Shown one piece after another: positions 24,992 through 35,843 of a stretch of DNA of 57,363 nucleotides. Where the stretch lies: IMG/VR virus record IMGVR_UViG_3300020420_000002, positions 1 to 57,363 of that record; one strand, given 5' to 3'. The position numbers and the translations under genes are program-made. Under the pieces are notes generated by a model. That model did no database searches. It saw only the letters and a program-made list of their open reading frames with translations, and was not told the DNA's origin. The stretch is from a virus (lineage: Duplodnaviria; Caudoviricetes). The first letter of the stretch is position 1; each line of letters opens with the position of its first letter.

Positions 24992-25527
24992 GACACTATA
25001 CTATATCGAACTCCTTTTGTTATCGGTTCTATGCAATGTGGATACATAAAATTACTTGGAAAAAAAACTATAGATCCTTTTCCAAGTTTCATTCTTTTTA
25101 CTTCTTTTTGTTGCTGATTAGTAAATACAAGATCACCACCCTCATATCCTTCATTCAAATTTATTATTACACTTAAATTTCTGACACTAGTGGTGAAGTG
25201 ATCAGTATGAACTTCATACTTACCCCCGACTGAATATTTTAATAAATCTATTTGGTTTATTTTGTTACTTTCCATCATTGGAAATTTAGCTTTGTAAAAA
25301 CTGTACAGTCTAGTTATTTCCTGTTTTACATAGTTCCAGTAAAACAAATTGGTGGGGCTGGTAAAATCTAATTGATAACCTTTTACATTTCTTGTTTCAG
25401 TATTCAATTTATCTTCTCCGATTAATAAATTTTTTGTAGCTCTTTTTTTAATTAAAGAAATAATTCTATTATTAAAATCATTTTCTATTACATTTTTGAT
25501 TTCAACAATTGCTTCTAAATAATTCAT
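24979..25527 (-). CDS. 2OG-Fe(II) oxygenase (prolyl-4-hydroxylase-like)
   Basis: HTD..YEGGDL..FPSNFMYPH..GVRYSIVSW. Confidence 0.9.
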   Translation of the reverse strand: MNYLEAIVEIKNVIENDFNNRIISLIKKRATKNLLIGEDKLNTETRNVKGYQLDFTSPTNLFYWNYVKQEITRLYSFYKAKFPMMESNKINQIDLLKYSVGGKYEVHTDHFTTSVRNLSVIINLNEGYEGGDLVFTNQQQKEVKRMKLGKGSIVFFPSNFMYPHCIEPITKGVRYSIVSWLQ

Positions 25528-26142
25528 TTATATTAATACAAAATTACTGTTCTCGACGAGTTGTAAGGTTAAATCAAAAGCTACAGTAATTCGTCTTGAG
25601 GATGTAACATCAGTGTAATGTTCAATCCACGATGGAAATATTGTTATTCTACCAGGTTTGTTTTCTGATTTAAACGCTGTATCGTCAAAAGGATTTACGT
25701 AATAAGTACCAGTTTTATTTATTTCCACACAAAGATGTCCGCTTAGAAAAGAAGTATTTTCTACCGTATGTCTATGTCTTTTTATTTGTTCTTCTTCCCT
25801 CATTACATTGGCCCAACATTTACCGTAAATTTTTTTAGGCATTGGTATTTTTAATTCTTTAAAAAATAATTTTAAATTTTCTTTGATGTTGTCTTTTAAA
25901 AAAATAGTCTCATCTGAATCAAATAAATTAAACGACATATGTCGACTAGTGAGACTTTTTTTACCTAGCCCAGTTCGACCGTCTCCCTCTGATGTTGTAT
26001 TTTTTATAATGTCTTTTTCTATATTTAAAATATGATTTTTTAATTTTTTTATGTCTATATCAGACATGTTTTCATACATAAAATATTTATAAAAAGGACT
26101 AAAAAAATTAGTAGGAGCCAAACTTTCAAACACGTGTATCAT
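25528..26142 (-). CDS. 2OG-Fe(II) oxygenase (HxH subtype)
   Basis: WANV..HRH..LSG..IFPSWIEH..RITVAFD. Confidence 0.85.
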   Translation of the reverse strand: MIHVFESLAPTNFFSPFYKYFMYENMSDIDIKKLKNHILNIEKDIIKNTTSEGDGRTGLGKKSLTSRHMSFNLFDSDETIFLKDNIKENLKLFFKELKIPMPKKIYGKCWANVMREEEQIKRHRHTVENTSFLSGHLCVEINKTGTYYVNPFDDTAFKSENKPGRITIFPSWIEHYTDVTSSRRITVAFDLTLQLVENSNFVLI

Positions 26143-26683
26143 CAGCGTGTCCTATTATTATATTACAAGTTACCCTTTGCCAACTATGAGTTTCTGACTC
26201 AACCGATTCACCTGTATGAAATTCTTGTGAATCTAGTATCACTGCATTTCCCGGTTTAAATTTAAATTCTTCTCCGTCTACAAAAAATGAACCTCTCCAA
26301 TCTGGTTGCCAAAGAGGAGTCATAAATAATAAAATTGTTTTTGAATGAGATGTGACCATATCATCTTGATGTAACCAGTGTTGAGTTTTTTTACCGTGGT
26401 ATGTTGCATTAAACCACATTCTTTTTAATTCTGTCGGTATACCTATTTTTTTGTCCTCTAATATTTTTGCTATTCTATAAACCAAAGTTTGGCCCCAAAG
26501 ACATAACGGATAATTGTTAACATAACCATTATTGTCTTTGACTATTAAAGCTGGCCCAGACATAAAACCCTCATGTGGTCCCGATGCGCAGTTCATTACC
26601 CAGTTATGACTACCCGTGATTTGTTTATACATATAAAACAATTCTTTTTGAGAAAGCACCTGATCTAGCATTATTGTTTTCAT
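26126..26683 (-). CDS. 2OG-Fe(II) oxygenase
   Basis: HQD..WQPDWRG..FKPGNAVI..HTG..R; ATG at 26683. Confidence 0.8.
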   Translation of the reverse strand: MKTIMLDQVLSQKELFYMYKQITGSHNWVMNCASGPHEGFMSGPALIVKDNNGYVNNYPLCLWGQTLVYRIAKILEDKKIGIPTELKRMWFNATYHGKKTQHWLHQDDMVTSHSKTILLFMTPLWQPDWRGSFFVDGEEFKFKPGNAVILDSQEFHTGESVESETHSWQRVTCNIIIGHADDTRV

Positions 26684-26726
26684 TTTGTATCTTTCATTAA
26701 TTATTAAACTGCTATATAACATATTT

Positions 26727-28643
26727 ATGGCCTTAAAAAAAGTAGATTTTGCAGCTGGATTCAACAAACAAGGTGTTCCTTCAGCCCTTCCTGGAAAATG
26801 GGTGGATGGAGATTTTGTGCGTTTTAGATATACAGCACCTGAAAAAATAGGAGGTTGGTCCCAACTTACAGCTTCATCAAAAACATTACCCGGAGCAGCT
26901 AGAGCTCAAGTAGCTTTTACTAGTTTAAAAGGTGAAAAATATGCAGCTATCGGAACTTCTCAAGGTTTGTTTTTGTATTACGGAAACGATTTTTATGATA
27001 TCTCTCCTTTGGATACAGCTATTTCGGGATGCACTTTAACCACTGTCAATGGTTCCAATGTAATAACCATAGATAAATCATCTCATAATTTAAAAGTAGG
27101 AAGATATATTACTTTATCTGGAGTTACAGTAACAGGTGCTTCTGATTATACGCCCACTGAATTACAAGTGGCTTATGAAATACTAACCGTTCCAACAGTA
27201 GATAAATTTACTATACAAGCTGTAAGGAACGAAGGTGGTTCGGGAATGACGGCTGCTGGAGCTGCAACTGTTAATCCTTACGTTGAGGTTGGACCTACTA
27301 TACAAACAACAGGTTATGGTTGGAGTACATCGACTTGGGGAGCATCTACTTGGGGAACGGAAAGATCTACAAGTTCTGTGGTATTAGATCCAGGAAATTG
27401 GAGTCTTGATAATTTTGGTGAAGTGTTAGTAGCCACAGTATTTAATGGTGAAACTTTTACGTGGAATGCAGGAGCTACAAACGCTCGAACAACAAGAGCA
27501 TCTAAATCAACTTCTGGTTTTTCTACTTCGGCTAACCCAACTGCAAGCAGATTTACGTTAGTGTCTGATAGAGACAGACATTTATTTCATTTTGGAACTG
27601 AAACAACTATCGGAGACTCGACCACTCAAGACCCGATGTTTGTAAGATTTTCAAACCAAGAAGATTTAAATACTTACACCCCAACAGCTACCAACACGGC
27701 TGGAACTTTTAGACTTGACACAGGAAATAAAATTACTTCAGCTATTCAAGGGAAAGACTATGTTTTTGTTTTAACGGATCAAGCTGCTTACGTTATTCAG
27801 TTTGTTGGTCCGCCATTTACATTTAGTGTTAGACAGGTAGGTACAAACTGTGGATGTTTAGCACAACACTCCGCCTCTTATGTAAATGGTGCTATCTATT
27901 GGATGTCTAATGAAGGTGGATTTTTTATGTATGATGGTACAGTAAAAGCTTTACCTTGTTTGGTGGAAGATTTTGTTTTTACAACACAGAATGGAAATCT
28001 TGGATTAAATTTTAATGCATCAGATGTAATTTTTTCCTCACCAAATAGTTTATTTACAGAAGTAAATTGGTTTTATCCTAAATCTGGTTCTGATCAAATT
28101 GATAGGTGTGTAACTTATAATTTTCAAGAAAATGCTTGGACTACTTCATCATTAGATAGAACAACTTATCAAGATCAAGGAGTATTTAATAAACCTTATG
28201 CAACAGACTATGAATCAACAACCTCTCCCGTATTTTCAGATATTTTAGGAATTACAAACAAATACGGCGCTAGTATTTATTATGCTCACGAAGTGGGTAA
28301 TGATCAGGTTAATAGCACCGGGACAACTTCTATAAATGCTTTTATTAGATCTGGGGATTTTGATATAGATGATGGTGAATTTTTTATGTCTATGAAAAGA
28401 TTTATGCCAGACTATAAATTTTTAATTGGTAATTCTAAGGTAACATTATTTATATCTGATTTTCCTTCAGACACACAAGCAAGCTCGTCTTTAGGACCCT
28501 TTACAATAACAAAGACCACTGATAAAGTAGACACGAGAGCAAGAGCTAGACTGCTATCTATTAAAATAGAATGTGACGCTGTAGGAGAAACTTGGCGTTA
28601 TGGTAGTTTTAGACTTGATGCTCAACCAGACGGAAGGAGATAG
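26727..28643 (+). CDS. Tail nozzle/DNA-stabilisation protein (P22 gp10-like)
   Basis: WVDGDFVRFRY..PEKIGGW; VRFSNQED; C-terminal RLDAQPDGRR. Confidence 0.75.
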   Translation: MALKKVDFAAGFNKQGVPSALPGKWVDGDFVRFRYTAPEKIGGWSQLTASSKTLPGAARAQVAFTSLKGEKYAAIGTSQGLFLYYGNDFYDISPLDTAISGCTLTTVNGSNVITIDKSSHNLKVGRYITLSGVTVTGASDYTPTELQVAYEILTVPTVDKFTIQAVRNEGGSGMTAAGAATVNPYVEVGPTIQTTGYGWSTSTWGASTWGTERSTSSVVLDPGNWSLDNFGEVLVATVFNGETFTWNAGATNARTTRASKSTSGFSTSANPTASRFTLVSDRDRHLFHFGTETTIGDSTTQDPMFVRFSNQEDLNTYTPTATNTAGTFRLDTGNKITSAIQGKDYVFVLTDQAAYVIQFVGPPFTFSVRQVGTNCGCLAQHSASYVNGAIYWMSNEGGFFMYDGTVKALPCLVEDFVFTTQNGNLGLNFNASDVIFSSPNSLFTEVNWFYPKSGSDQIDRCVTYNFQENAWTTSSLDRTTYQDQGVFNKPYATDYESTTSPVFSDILGITNKYGASIYYAHEVGNDQVNSTGTTSINAFIRSGDFDIDDGEFFMSMKRFMPDYKFLIGNSKVTLFISDFPSDTQASSSLGPFTITKTTDKVDTRARARLLSIKIECDAVGETWRYGSFRLDAQPDGRR

Positions 28644-28644
28644 A

Positions 28645-28779
28645 ATGCCATTAACCACAAAAGGTAAAAAAATAATGAAGTCCATGAAAAAACAATATGG
28701 GAAGAAAAAAGGAGAAGCTGTTTTTTATGCTTCTAAAAATAAGAAAAAAATAAAAGGTGTAGATAAGAAAAGAGCGTAA
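28645..28779 (+). CDS. Small basic protein (44 aa)
   Basis: Manual translation MPLTTKGKKIMKSMKKQYGKKKGEAVFYASKNKKKIKGVDKKRA*. Confidence 0.7.
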   Translation: MPLTTKGKKIMKSMKKQYGKKKGEAVFYASKNKKKIKGVDKKRA

Positions 28780-28943
28780 TGGCTAAATTAACTAATTATA
28801 TACCAGAACCAAAACAAGAGTACGATGTAGAAAATCAAAGACAAATAATTGAGTCCATGACCACCATGAAACAACAACTTAATTTTTCTTTTCAAGAAGA
28901 TTTAAAAAACGAACAGGACGCTTTTAATTACTTTTTATCATGA
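28779..28943 (+). CDS. Small tail-module protein (54 aa)
   Basis: Manual translation MAKLTNYIPEPKQEYDVENQRQI...; overlaps at both ends. Confidence 0.7.
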   Translation: MAKLTNYIPEPKQEYDVENQRQIIESMTTMKQQLNFSFQEDLKNEQDAFNYFLS

Positions 28944-29281
28944 CAATACAATATAAAAACGCAACTAAGTCTTTAGGGGACACTAATCTTAATACTGTTT
29001 TAACTATTTCTACGTCAGCCGTGGCCATAGTCAAAAGTGTTTATTTTAGCAATTCTAGCTCAGGAAGTATTTTGTGTAACGCCTCTTTAAGAGATAGCTC
29101 TGCTTCTGCTGACACGGAATTTTTTAGAGATACGGTCACAGCCAGCACTCAAATAAATGCTGCACCACAGGGGTTGAATTTAGAAGCAGGAGATGCTATA
29201 AAAGCCCAAGCAGCTACCGCAAGTAAAGTAACAGTTGTTGTTAGTTATGCTTTAATAAACAGAGAGAATGAAAACGGATAA
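28940..29281 (+). CDS. Putative virion protein
   Basis: LNLEAGDAIKAQA beta-rich motif. Confidence 0.7.
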   Translation: MTIQYKNATKSLGDTNLNTVLTISTSAVAIVKSVYFSNSSSGSILCNASLRDSSASADTEFFRDTVTASTQINAAPQGLNLEAGDAIKAQAATASKVTVVVSYALINRENENG

Positions 29282-29459
29282 CATACATAAAATAGACTGT
29301 ACCACTACAACAGTTTATAGAAATACAAAGACAGGCGAAACGTCTAAAGAAAAAATAGAAGGACCAGATATTGTAACGGATGTTACAGTTGAAATTTCTC
29401 CAAAAGGTTTAGATGTGTTTCAGAAAGTAATGAATGAAAACAAGAAACCAAAACCCTAA
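29268..29459 (+). CDS. Hypothetical protein
   Basis: ORF track; operon overlap. Confidence 0.65.
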   Translation: MKTDNIHKIDCTTTTVYRNTKTGETSKEKIEGPDIVTDVTVEISPKGLDVFQKVMNENKKPKP

Positions 29460-30381
29460 AGGGGGAACCGAGTTACAGCTTGGTTTTTTAAACAAATACG
29501 TAGATAAAAAATTATTAGATCAAGTACAAATATGCACTAGTGTGCCTGGTAAAGTACCTATAGACCCTAATAAGCTTAACATACTCTGGCAAAAAAATTC
29601 TTACGACCAACCTAATCTTTATGGTTGGTTCAAGGACCGAGGAAATCACAAACAATATGATTGGTATGTTTTTAACTCTCATTGGAACTATGAAAAATTT
29701 AGAATGATGTTTGGTATTCCTACAGAAAAATGCATTGTAATTAAAAACGGAATAGAAAAAATAGAACAATCAAAGCATTACAGAAAAGGTGACCCAGTAA
29801 AAATTATTCATCAAAACACCCCTTGGCGTGGTTTATCTGTATTGTTAGGTGCGATGCAGTTGGTTAAAAATCCTTTAATTAGTTTAGATGTTTATTCTTC
29901 TTGTGAAGTTTATGGAAAAGATTTTATGGATAAAAATGACAGTAACTATAGAGCTCTTTATGATCAAGCCGAACAACTTCCTAATGTAAATTACATTGGT
30001 TACAGACCTAATGAATATATTAGAGAACACATTAAAGATTATAACATGTATGTCTATCCTAGTATTTTTGAAGAAACTTCTTGTATATCTTTACTTGAAG
30101 CAATGGCTGGAGGACTTTATTGTATTACTACTAATTATGGAGCTCTATTTGAAACAGGGGCCGAGTTTCCCATGTATATTCCGTACGACAATAATTATAA
30201 AGCTTTAGCAGAAAAATTTGCCTATGGAATTTCTGCTGCTGTTGAAACTTTACATGAACCTCAAATTCATAGTCATTTAACAACTCAATCTAATTACGCG
30301 CAAATATATTATTCTTGGCCTAAACAGGCGTCGGTGTGGACTAGATTTTTACAAGGAGCACTTAATGCAAAAAGCAAATGA
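29434..30381 (+). CDS. Glycosyltransferase, GT-B (family 4-like)
   Basis: GGTE..YPSIFEETSCISLLEAMAGG..GALFE. Confidence 0.85.
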   Translation: MKTRNQNPKGGTELQLGFLNKYVDKKLLDQVQICTSVPGKVPIDPNKLNILWQKNSYDQPNLYGWFKDRGNHKQYDWYVFNSHWNYEKFRMMFGIPTEKCIVIKNGIEKIEQSKHYRKGDPVKIIHQNTPWRGLSVLLGAMQLVKNPLISLDVYSSCEVYGKDFMDKNDSNYRALYDQAEQLPNVNYIGYRPNEYIREHIKDYNMYVYPSIFEETSCISLLEAMAGGLYCITTNYGALFETGAEFPMYIPYDNNYKALAEKFAYGISAAVETLHEPQIHSHLTTQSNYAQIYYSWPKQASVWTRFLQGALNAKSK

Positions 30382-31294
30382 ACCCATATGGTTTAATGTA
30401 GATAAAGAAGAAGCACCTAATAACGATACGTATCAAACAATTAAAACTAATAAAGTAGAAGATAAAGTAACTGAAATAAATGTGGGGGTTTCTCCTTACA
30501 AAGTCATGGTGTGTACACCGTGTCATAGCGATGTAAGCATGCACTATTGTCAAGCAGTTTTAAAGTTTCAACAGGCTTGTTGGAAAAAAGGAATTTTATG
30601 TAGTTTTACTTTATTAAAATCATCATTAGTCACACAAGGTAGAAATTTATGTGTAGCAGAATTTTTAAACCATGAAGATAAATATACTCATTTATTATTT
30701 ATAGATTCGGACATTGATTTTAGAGCTAAAACTATTTTTAAAATGTTAGACTTTGATAAAGACATAATTAGTGTTCCATATCCAATGAAGACGATGAGTT
30801 GGGATAAGATATGGAGAAGATTAGATACTAAAGAAGGTGCAATTAATAACGCAGACGAGTTAGCTAGATCTGGTTTTACTTTTCCAGTTAAAGTAAAAGA
30901 TCCTGATTCTATTACAGTAGAGAAAGGATTAGCTGAACTTACTCATGCTCCCACAGGATGCATGTTAATAAAAAGAAATGTTATTGAAAAAATGATTGAA
31001 GCTTATCCTCATTTAGAAATATACCAGCCAACAAATATTAATGGTAAAGAAGAAAAGAAAGATAACATGTATAATTTATTTGACACTTTACATGATACTA
31101 AGTCTAAGCGTTATTTTGGAGAGGACTTTGGTTTTTGTCAAAGATGGGCTGATATAGGGGGCAAAGTATATGGTTATATAGATGACCCTATTAGTCACGT
31201 TGGAGAGTATTGTTACACTGGTCGATTTAGAGATGATTTGTGGCAGGCGACAAGGCCTGTCAAATCTGTTGACGACACTACAAAAATCAAATAA
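30365..31294 (+). CDS. Glycosyltransferase, GT-A-like
   Basis: SLVTQGRN..LLFIDSD..TGCMLIKR..GEDFGFC. Confidence 0.8.
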   Translation: MQKANEPIWFNVDKEEAPNNDTYQTIKTNKVEDKVTEINVGVSPYKVMVCTPCHSDVSMHYCQAVLKFQQACWKKGILCSFTLLKSSLVTQGRNLCVAEFLNHEDKYTHLLFIDSDIDFRAKTIFKMLDFDKDIISVPYPMKTMSWDKIWRRLDTKEGAINNADELARSGFTFPVKVKDPDSITVEKGLAELTHAPTGCMLIKRNVIEKMIEAYPHLEIYQPTNINGKEEKKDNMYNLFDTLHDTKSKRYFGEDFGFCQRWADIGGKVYGYIDDPISHVGEYCYTGRFRDDLWQATRPVKSVDDTTKIK

Positions 31295-31349
31295 AGTAAA
31301 CTATTACAGGATTTCTGCGCCTGCTCAACAATATAAATGTACTTAAATT

Positions 31350-33470
31350 ATGGCGATATCACGATCTTTAATGAACAGACAATTACAAGCAAACGGTGGA
31401 ATTATGAATGTTTCACCCAGAGAGAAGTTTGGTCTAGGTAGCAAATTAAAAAAATTTGTTAGAAAAATTATACCCAATGAAGTTGCCGAAGTTGCTGTTA
31501 GAGCAGCACCTTTTGTAGCTCCTTTTAACCCGGCTCTTGCAGCGGCTATGGGCGGTTTAGGGACATTTGATCAAACAGGTAGAATAGGAGAGTCTCTTAA
31601 ACAAGGTGCCTTAACATACGGCCTAGGACAAGGGGCAAGATTTCTAGGTGGAGCAGGGCTCCAAGGTAACCCATTTGAAGCACCGTTGTTTAGCTCACCT
31701 TTAGGAAACGTTTCGGGTTTTAAATTAGGTAACCCAGTTGAGGGTGTTGACGGCTTAGAGCAAAGCACTTTCTTTGAAGATGCAACAGTAGATGCACTTC
31801 CAGGTGATATAATTACAACTGTTGATAAAACTACAGTCAGTAATGACCCTGGATTTTTAAAAAATTTATTCGATGGAATAAGCAATCAAAATTATGAAAA
31901 AGTAGGTAAGACTATTTTAGACGGCAGTAAGAAATTCGGTAAGGCTATGTTTACAAACAAAGATGGTTCTATTGATAAAGCAGCCGTTTTAGGAGCTGCA
32001 GCTTTTGCAACCTCATATGCAGAAGCAAGAGCTCTGGCTAACCAGGCAGGTGTTGATATCACAGAAGAAGAATACGATGAAGCTACCAAGGCTGACAAAC
32101 AAGCTGAGTATGCAAGTTACTTAACTAACTTCTTTGGTGGTAAAAAAGAGGGCGGAAGAATAGGATATGCAGAGGGGACAGAAAGTTCAGATATGAAATT
32201 TCTTAATGAACTTATGAACGATTTGGATGGTAAGTACGATGAAGACGAAAAAGATTTTTATTACAAGTCTATAGTGCCTCAATTAATTAGATCAGGAGAA
32301 ATGACTTATGAAGACGGTATGAAATTATTAAACGAACTTGTCCCAGAGATGAGAGCCGTTGGAGGTAGAATAGGTTTTGAACAAGGCACCGCCCCTTCTG
32401 GAATATTTACTTTAGGAGACTATGCAAGATTTTTAGAAACGGCAGGTGATTTTAATAAAACGTACGACAAAGGCGAGGATGTAGTGGCTGAAGCAGGAGA
32501 GTTTGTAAAATCAGTTGGAGACAAAGAATATGGAGACTTAACTAAAGAGGAATTATTAAAAGAAAAAGAAATAGAAGATAAATTAGAAACTTTAGAAAAG
32601 TTGTTTATGAAAAATATGGATAAGTATGATGACGAGTACGGTATAGAAGGAAGAGATATACCAGACCCAGATGCTATGGGAGCATATGCTCGTGAATTAA
32701 TTAGAGATTTAGATAGAAGAGATAAAAAACTTAACGCTCTTGCTGAAATAGCAGGTTTAAAAGACGGCGGTAGAATAGGTTTAAAAAGAGGAACGGATCC
32801 TGAAGAAGCAGAAATAGGTATCATGACAATTGATGTTGAAGCTGGAGACGATGAAGATATGGAGGATATGGACGATATGTTAATGGCCTACTCTGATGCA
32901 GTATTTACTAGAGATGAAAAATCACGTTTGTTTAGAGCTTTAGGAGATCCTAAAATAAGACAGACAAATAGCTCATTTAAAAATTTACATAAAATTCTTA
33001 AAAACCCAGGTATGTTTCCAGATGATGAACTGATCTTAAAAGGATTTTTAAAAATGGGAAAAGCTAAAGGTGGCAGAATTAAATATGCAAGTGGTGCTAA
33101 CAGAGTCTCAGAATTATTAATTTTAAGAGATGAAAAAATAGCAAAGGGTGAAGACGTCACTGACATTGAAGCAGAGATATTTCAATTGACAGGTAAAGAA
33201 TTTAAGTCTGTAGGAGGTATTAGTAATGTACCTACGGGTAAAATAAGAAAAAATAGTGCTGGAATAAAAGAGAGAGATTACCGAGATGAAGGTGGTTTTG
33301 TACCAGTAGGTATTAAAGAAAAGGCTGACGACGTACCAGCTATGTTAAGTAAAAACGAATTTGTAATAACAGCCGATGCCGTGCGAGGTATTGGTGGAGG
33401 TGATGTTGAAAAAGGATCTAAAAAACTTTATAACCTCATGAAAAATGCAGAACAGGTAGGAAAAGCATAA
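31350..33470 (+). CDS. Internal virion/ejection-module protein with repeated xxGGRI motifs
   Basis: KKEGGRIGYAEG, RAVGGRIGFEQG, LKDGGRIGLKRG, KAKGGRIKYASG; C-terminal DDVPAMLSKNEFV. Confidence 0.7.
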   Translation: MAISRSLMNRQLQANGGIMNVSPREKFGLGSKLKKFVRKIIPNEVAEVAVRAAPFVAPFNPALAAAMGGLGTFDQTGRIGESLKQGALTYGLGQGARFLGGAGLQGNPFEAPLFSSPLGNVSGFKLGNPVEGVDGLEQSTFFEDATVDALPGDIITTVDKTTVSNDPGFLKNLFDGISNQNYEKVGKTILDGSKKFGKAMFTNKDGSIDKAAVLGAAAFATSYAEARALANQAGVDITEEEYDEATKADKQAEYASYLTNFFGGKKEGGRIGYAEGTESSDMKFLNELMNDLDGKYDEDEKDFYYKSIVPQLIRSGEMTYEDGMKLLNELVPEMRAVGGRIGFEQGTAPSGIFTLGDYARFLETAGDFNKTYDKGEDVVAEAGEFVKSVGDKEYGDLTKEELLKEKEIEDKLETLEKLFMKNMDKYDDEYGIEGRDIPDPDAMGAYARELIRDLDRRDKKLNALAEIAGLKDGGRIGLKRGTDPEEAEIGIMTIDVEAGDDEDMEDMDDMLMAYSDAVFTRDEKSRLFRALGDPKIRQTNSSFKNLHKILKNPGMFPDDELILKGFLKMGKAKGGRIKYASGANRVSELLILRDEKIAKGEDVTDIEAEIFQLTGKEFKSVGGISNVPTGKIRKNSAGIKERDYRDEGGFVPVGIKEKADDVPAMLSKNEFVITADAVRGIGGGDVEKGSKKLYNLMKNAEQVGKA

Positions 33471-34396
33471 TGGCAACAGATTATACAACTATTAATAGGC
33501 AAGCCCCTTTTATAGAAGCGGCCCAAGAAAATTTTATTGATTTATTAGCACAACAAGTAGGAAGAGCTCCTGGCTCACAAATTACAGACGCTCAAGGAAA
33601 TGTAATAGGAACAGTTCCGACTTTAGCTCAACTTGGACCACAGATTGCAGGTCAAAATGCATTAACACAAGCTGCTCAACAGGCAGCGGCAACACAAGCT
33701 GGACTTGGTCAGTTAACATTTGATGCAGAAGGAGCAGTTAGTGGAGTGGGTACCGGCACTGGAGTTGCAGGCTACCAACCTTTCTTAGACGAAGCAGCAA
33801 AACTTTCTGGCCCACAAGCTTTTCAACAGTTTATGTCGCCATATCAACAACAAGTTATTGACACAACTTTGACAGAATTTGATAGACAAACAGCAAAAGG
33901 TGTTCCTCAACTAGCAGCCAATGCTATTCAAGCAGGAGCTTTTGGTGGAGGCAGAGAAGGTGTGGCTGCAGCAGAGTACGCATCACAAGCAGCTCAAGAC
34001 AGAGCAGCTTTACAAGCGCGGTTATTAGGTGAAGGATTTACTCAAGCACAAAATTTAGCTCAAACAGCTTTTAATCAACAAAGAGGTCTTGCCTCATTAC
34101 AGCCATCATTAGCGGCAACAACCACACAATCTTTAGGCGCTGCTGGCACAGGAGATCTAGCTTACAGACAAGCAGTATTAGATGCAGCTCAACAAAGAAG
34201 TCAACTAGCTTACCAAGAACCTTTAAATAGAATACAGAGTTTTGGATCAGGGATAGCGAGTCAAGTTGGTGGGGTTCCTTTTTCAACTACTAATCAATCT
34301 TTAGGAGGAGGACAGACTTTAGGTCCTTTATCACAAGCCCTTACTGCTGGACTAAGTGCTTATGGATTGGGTAGCATATTTGGAGGCAGAAGATAA
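33470..34396 (+). CDS. DNA ejection/pilot protein
   Basis: Gln/Ala/Gly-rich; FMSPYQQQVID..GAFGGGR. Confidence 0.7.
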   Translation: MATDYTTINRQAPFIEAAQENFIDLLAQQVGRAPGSQITDAQGNVIGTVPTLAQLGPQIAGQNALTQAAQQAAATQAGLGQLTFDAEGAVSGVGTGTGVAGYQPFLDEAAKLSGPQAFQQFMSPYQQQVIDTTLTEFDRQTAKGVPQLAANAIQAGAFGGGREGVAAAEYASQAAQDRAALQARLLGEGFTQAQNLAQTAFNQQRGLASLQPSLAATTTQSLGAAGTGDLAYRQAVLDAAQQRSQLAYQEPLNRIQSFGSGIASQVGGVPFSTTNQSLGGGQTLGPLSQALTAGLSAYGLGSIFGGRR

Positions 34397-35835
34397 TGAA
34401 TTTTAAAAGACCATCATTTAGAAGAGGTGGATCAACTGGCATAGATCAATTAACACCTAGAATTAAAGCACAAAGAGGTTACATAGGTGATTATCCTATA
34501 TCTTTTCAAAACCCTACTAAACAAATTGGAATAGATTTTCCCTCTACAACAATGGGTATGTCAATTCCTACAGGTAATCAAGTAATGGCAAAAAGTTTTC
34601 CTGCGGACGCTTCTAAAATGGGTGTAGCCTCAGTTGCAAAAACTCGACCAACAAAAAAAATTACATCTGATTTTGAAGAAATGGTAGAGATAGGTGGATA
34701 CGGGACAATACCAAAAGGGCCAGAAACAGATTTAAATAAATTACCTAGTTGGATGTTAAGTGCTATAGGTACTGAAGAAACTAGAAAAATATTAAGGGAT
34801 AGAGAAAATTTAGAAGAAATAAAAAAACAAGAAAATAAATTTTTACCCAATGAAGGTCCTAAAAAAGTTAATTTTGATGAAATTGTAGAAGAGGTAGTTA
34901 TTAATCCAAAAGATAAAAAAGAACCAGAAGAAAAACCAGAAGAAACTTTTGAAGATATTTTTGAAAAAGAAAAATCTAAATTAGAAAAATTAATAGGCGA
35001 AGATGAAGATAAAGGTTTAGCAGCCATAGCTCTGTCTGAGGCAATAGGAACACCTGGAAATCTTGCAGATAAAGCTGCAGTTTTAAATAAACAGCTTTTA
35101 AAGATACTAGGTGATAGGAAAAAAGATAGAAAAGATATTGCTAAGTTAGCTTACAGTGCAACTAAAGAAATACAAAAAGCTAAAATTGTAGCTGGCAAAG
35201 AAGGTTTTAGTGAAAAACAATTTAATAACTTAAGATCTTTAAAGAAAATTGTAAATGACAAAACTGGATCTTATACTGAAGCACAGAAAAAAGCTGCTGC
35301 AGCAGAAATAAAAATTACAGAAGATGTTATAAAATCAATTGGAGGCAAAGACGAAAAAGATATTAGTTTAACAGGTCTTAATCAGGCAGGCGCATTAATA
35401 GATGATTTAAGTAAAATTGCTAGAAGACTTAAAAAATTAGAAAAAGGTTCTGCTAAATACATAGAACTTTTAGAAGAATATACCGCTAAACGTAATTTTG
35501 CACTTGGGTTTAATAATGCTGGTTTAAATAATGGGATCCGTACAACCGATGCTATTTTAAAAAGCGGAGGAATTAATCTTAAAGATGGAGGAAGAATAAA
35601 ATTAGCTGAAGGAACTCCCATAGGCCAAGGTGAAACGCCAACAGCTCAAGTAGAACAATTATCTTATGCTGAGTTAAGAAATAGATTGCCTAAAGAAATA
35701 ACAAACGACGTAGTTCAATTATTAGCTAACAGCCAAGAAGCACTACAAGATTTTGCTTATATTAGAACTCAAGGTGATGTATCAAAATTTAACATGAAAT
35801 ATGGGGTGACTTTAGTATTACCTGCTTCAACATAG
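34396..35835 (+). CDS. Internal virion/ejection protein
   Basis: Helical; C-terminal LRNRLPKEITNDVV..FNMKYGVTLVLP; position. Confidence 0.65.
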   Translation: MNFKRPSFRRGGSTGIDQLTPRIKAQRGYIGDYPISFQNPTKQIGIDFPSTTMGMSIPTGNQVMAKSFPADASKMGVASVAKTRPTKKITSDFEEMVEIGGYGTIPKGPETDLNKLPSWMLSAIGTEETRKILRDRENLEEIKKQENKFLPNEGPKKVNFDEIVEEVVINPKDKKEPEEKPEETFEDIFEKEKSKLEKLIGEDEDKGLAAIALSEAIGTPGNLADKAAVLNKQLLKILGDRKKDRKDIAKLAYSATKEIQKAKIVAGKEGFSEKQFNNLRSLKKIVNDKTGSYTEAQKKAAAAEIKITEDVIKSIGGKDEKDISLTGLNQAGALIDDLSKIARRLKKLEKGSAKYIELLEEYTAKRNFALGFNNAGLNNGIRTTDAILKSGGINLKDGGRIKLAEGTPIGQGETPTAQVEQLSYAELRNRLPKEITNDVVQLLANSQEALQDFAYIRTQGDVSKFNMKYGVTLVLPAST

Positions 35836-35843
35836 GAGGTTAA

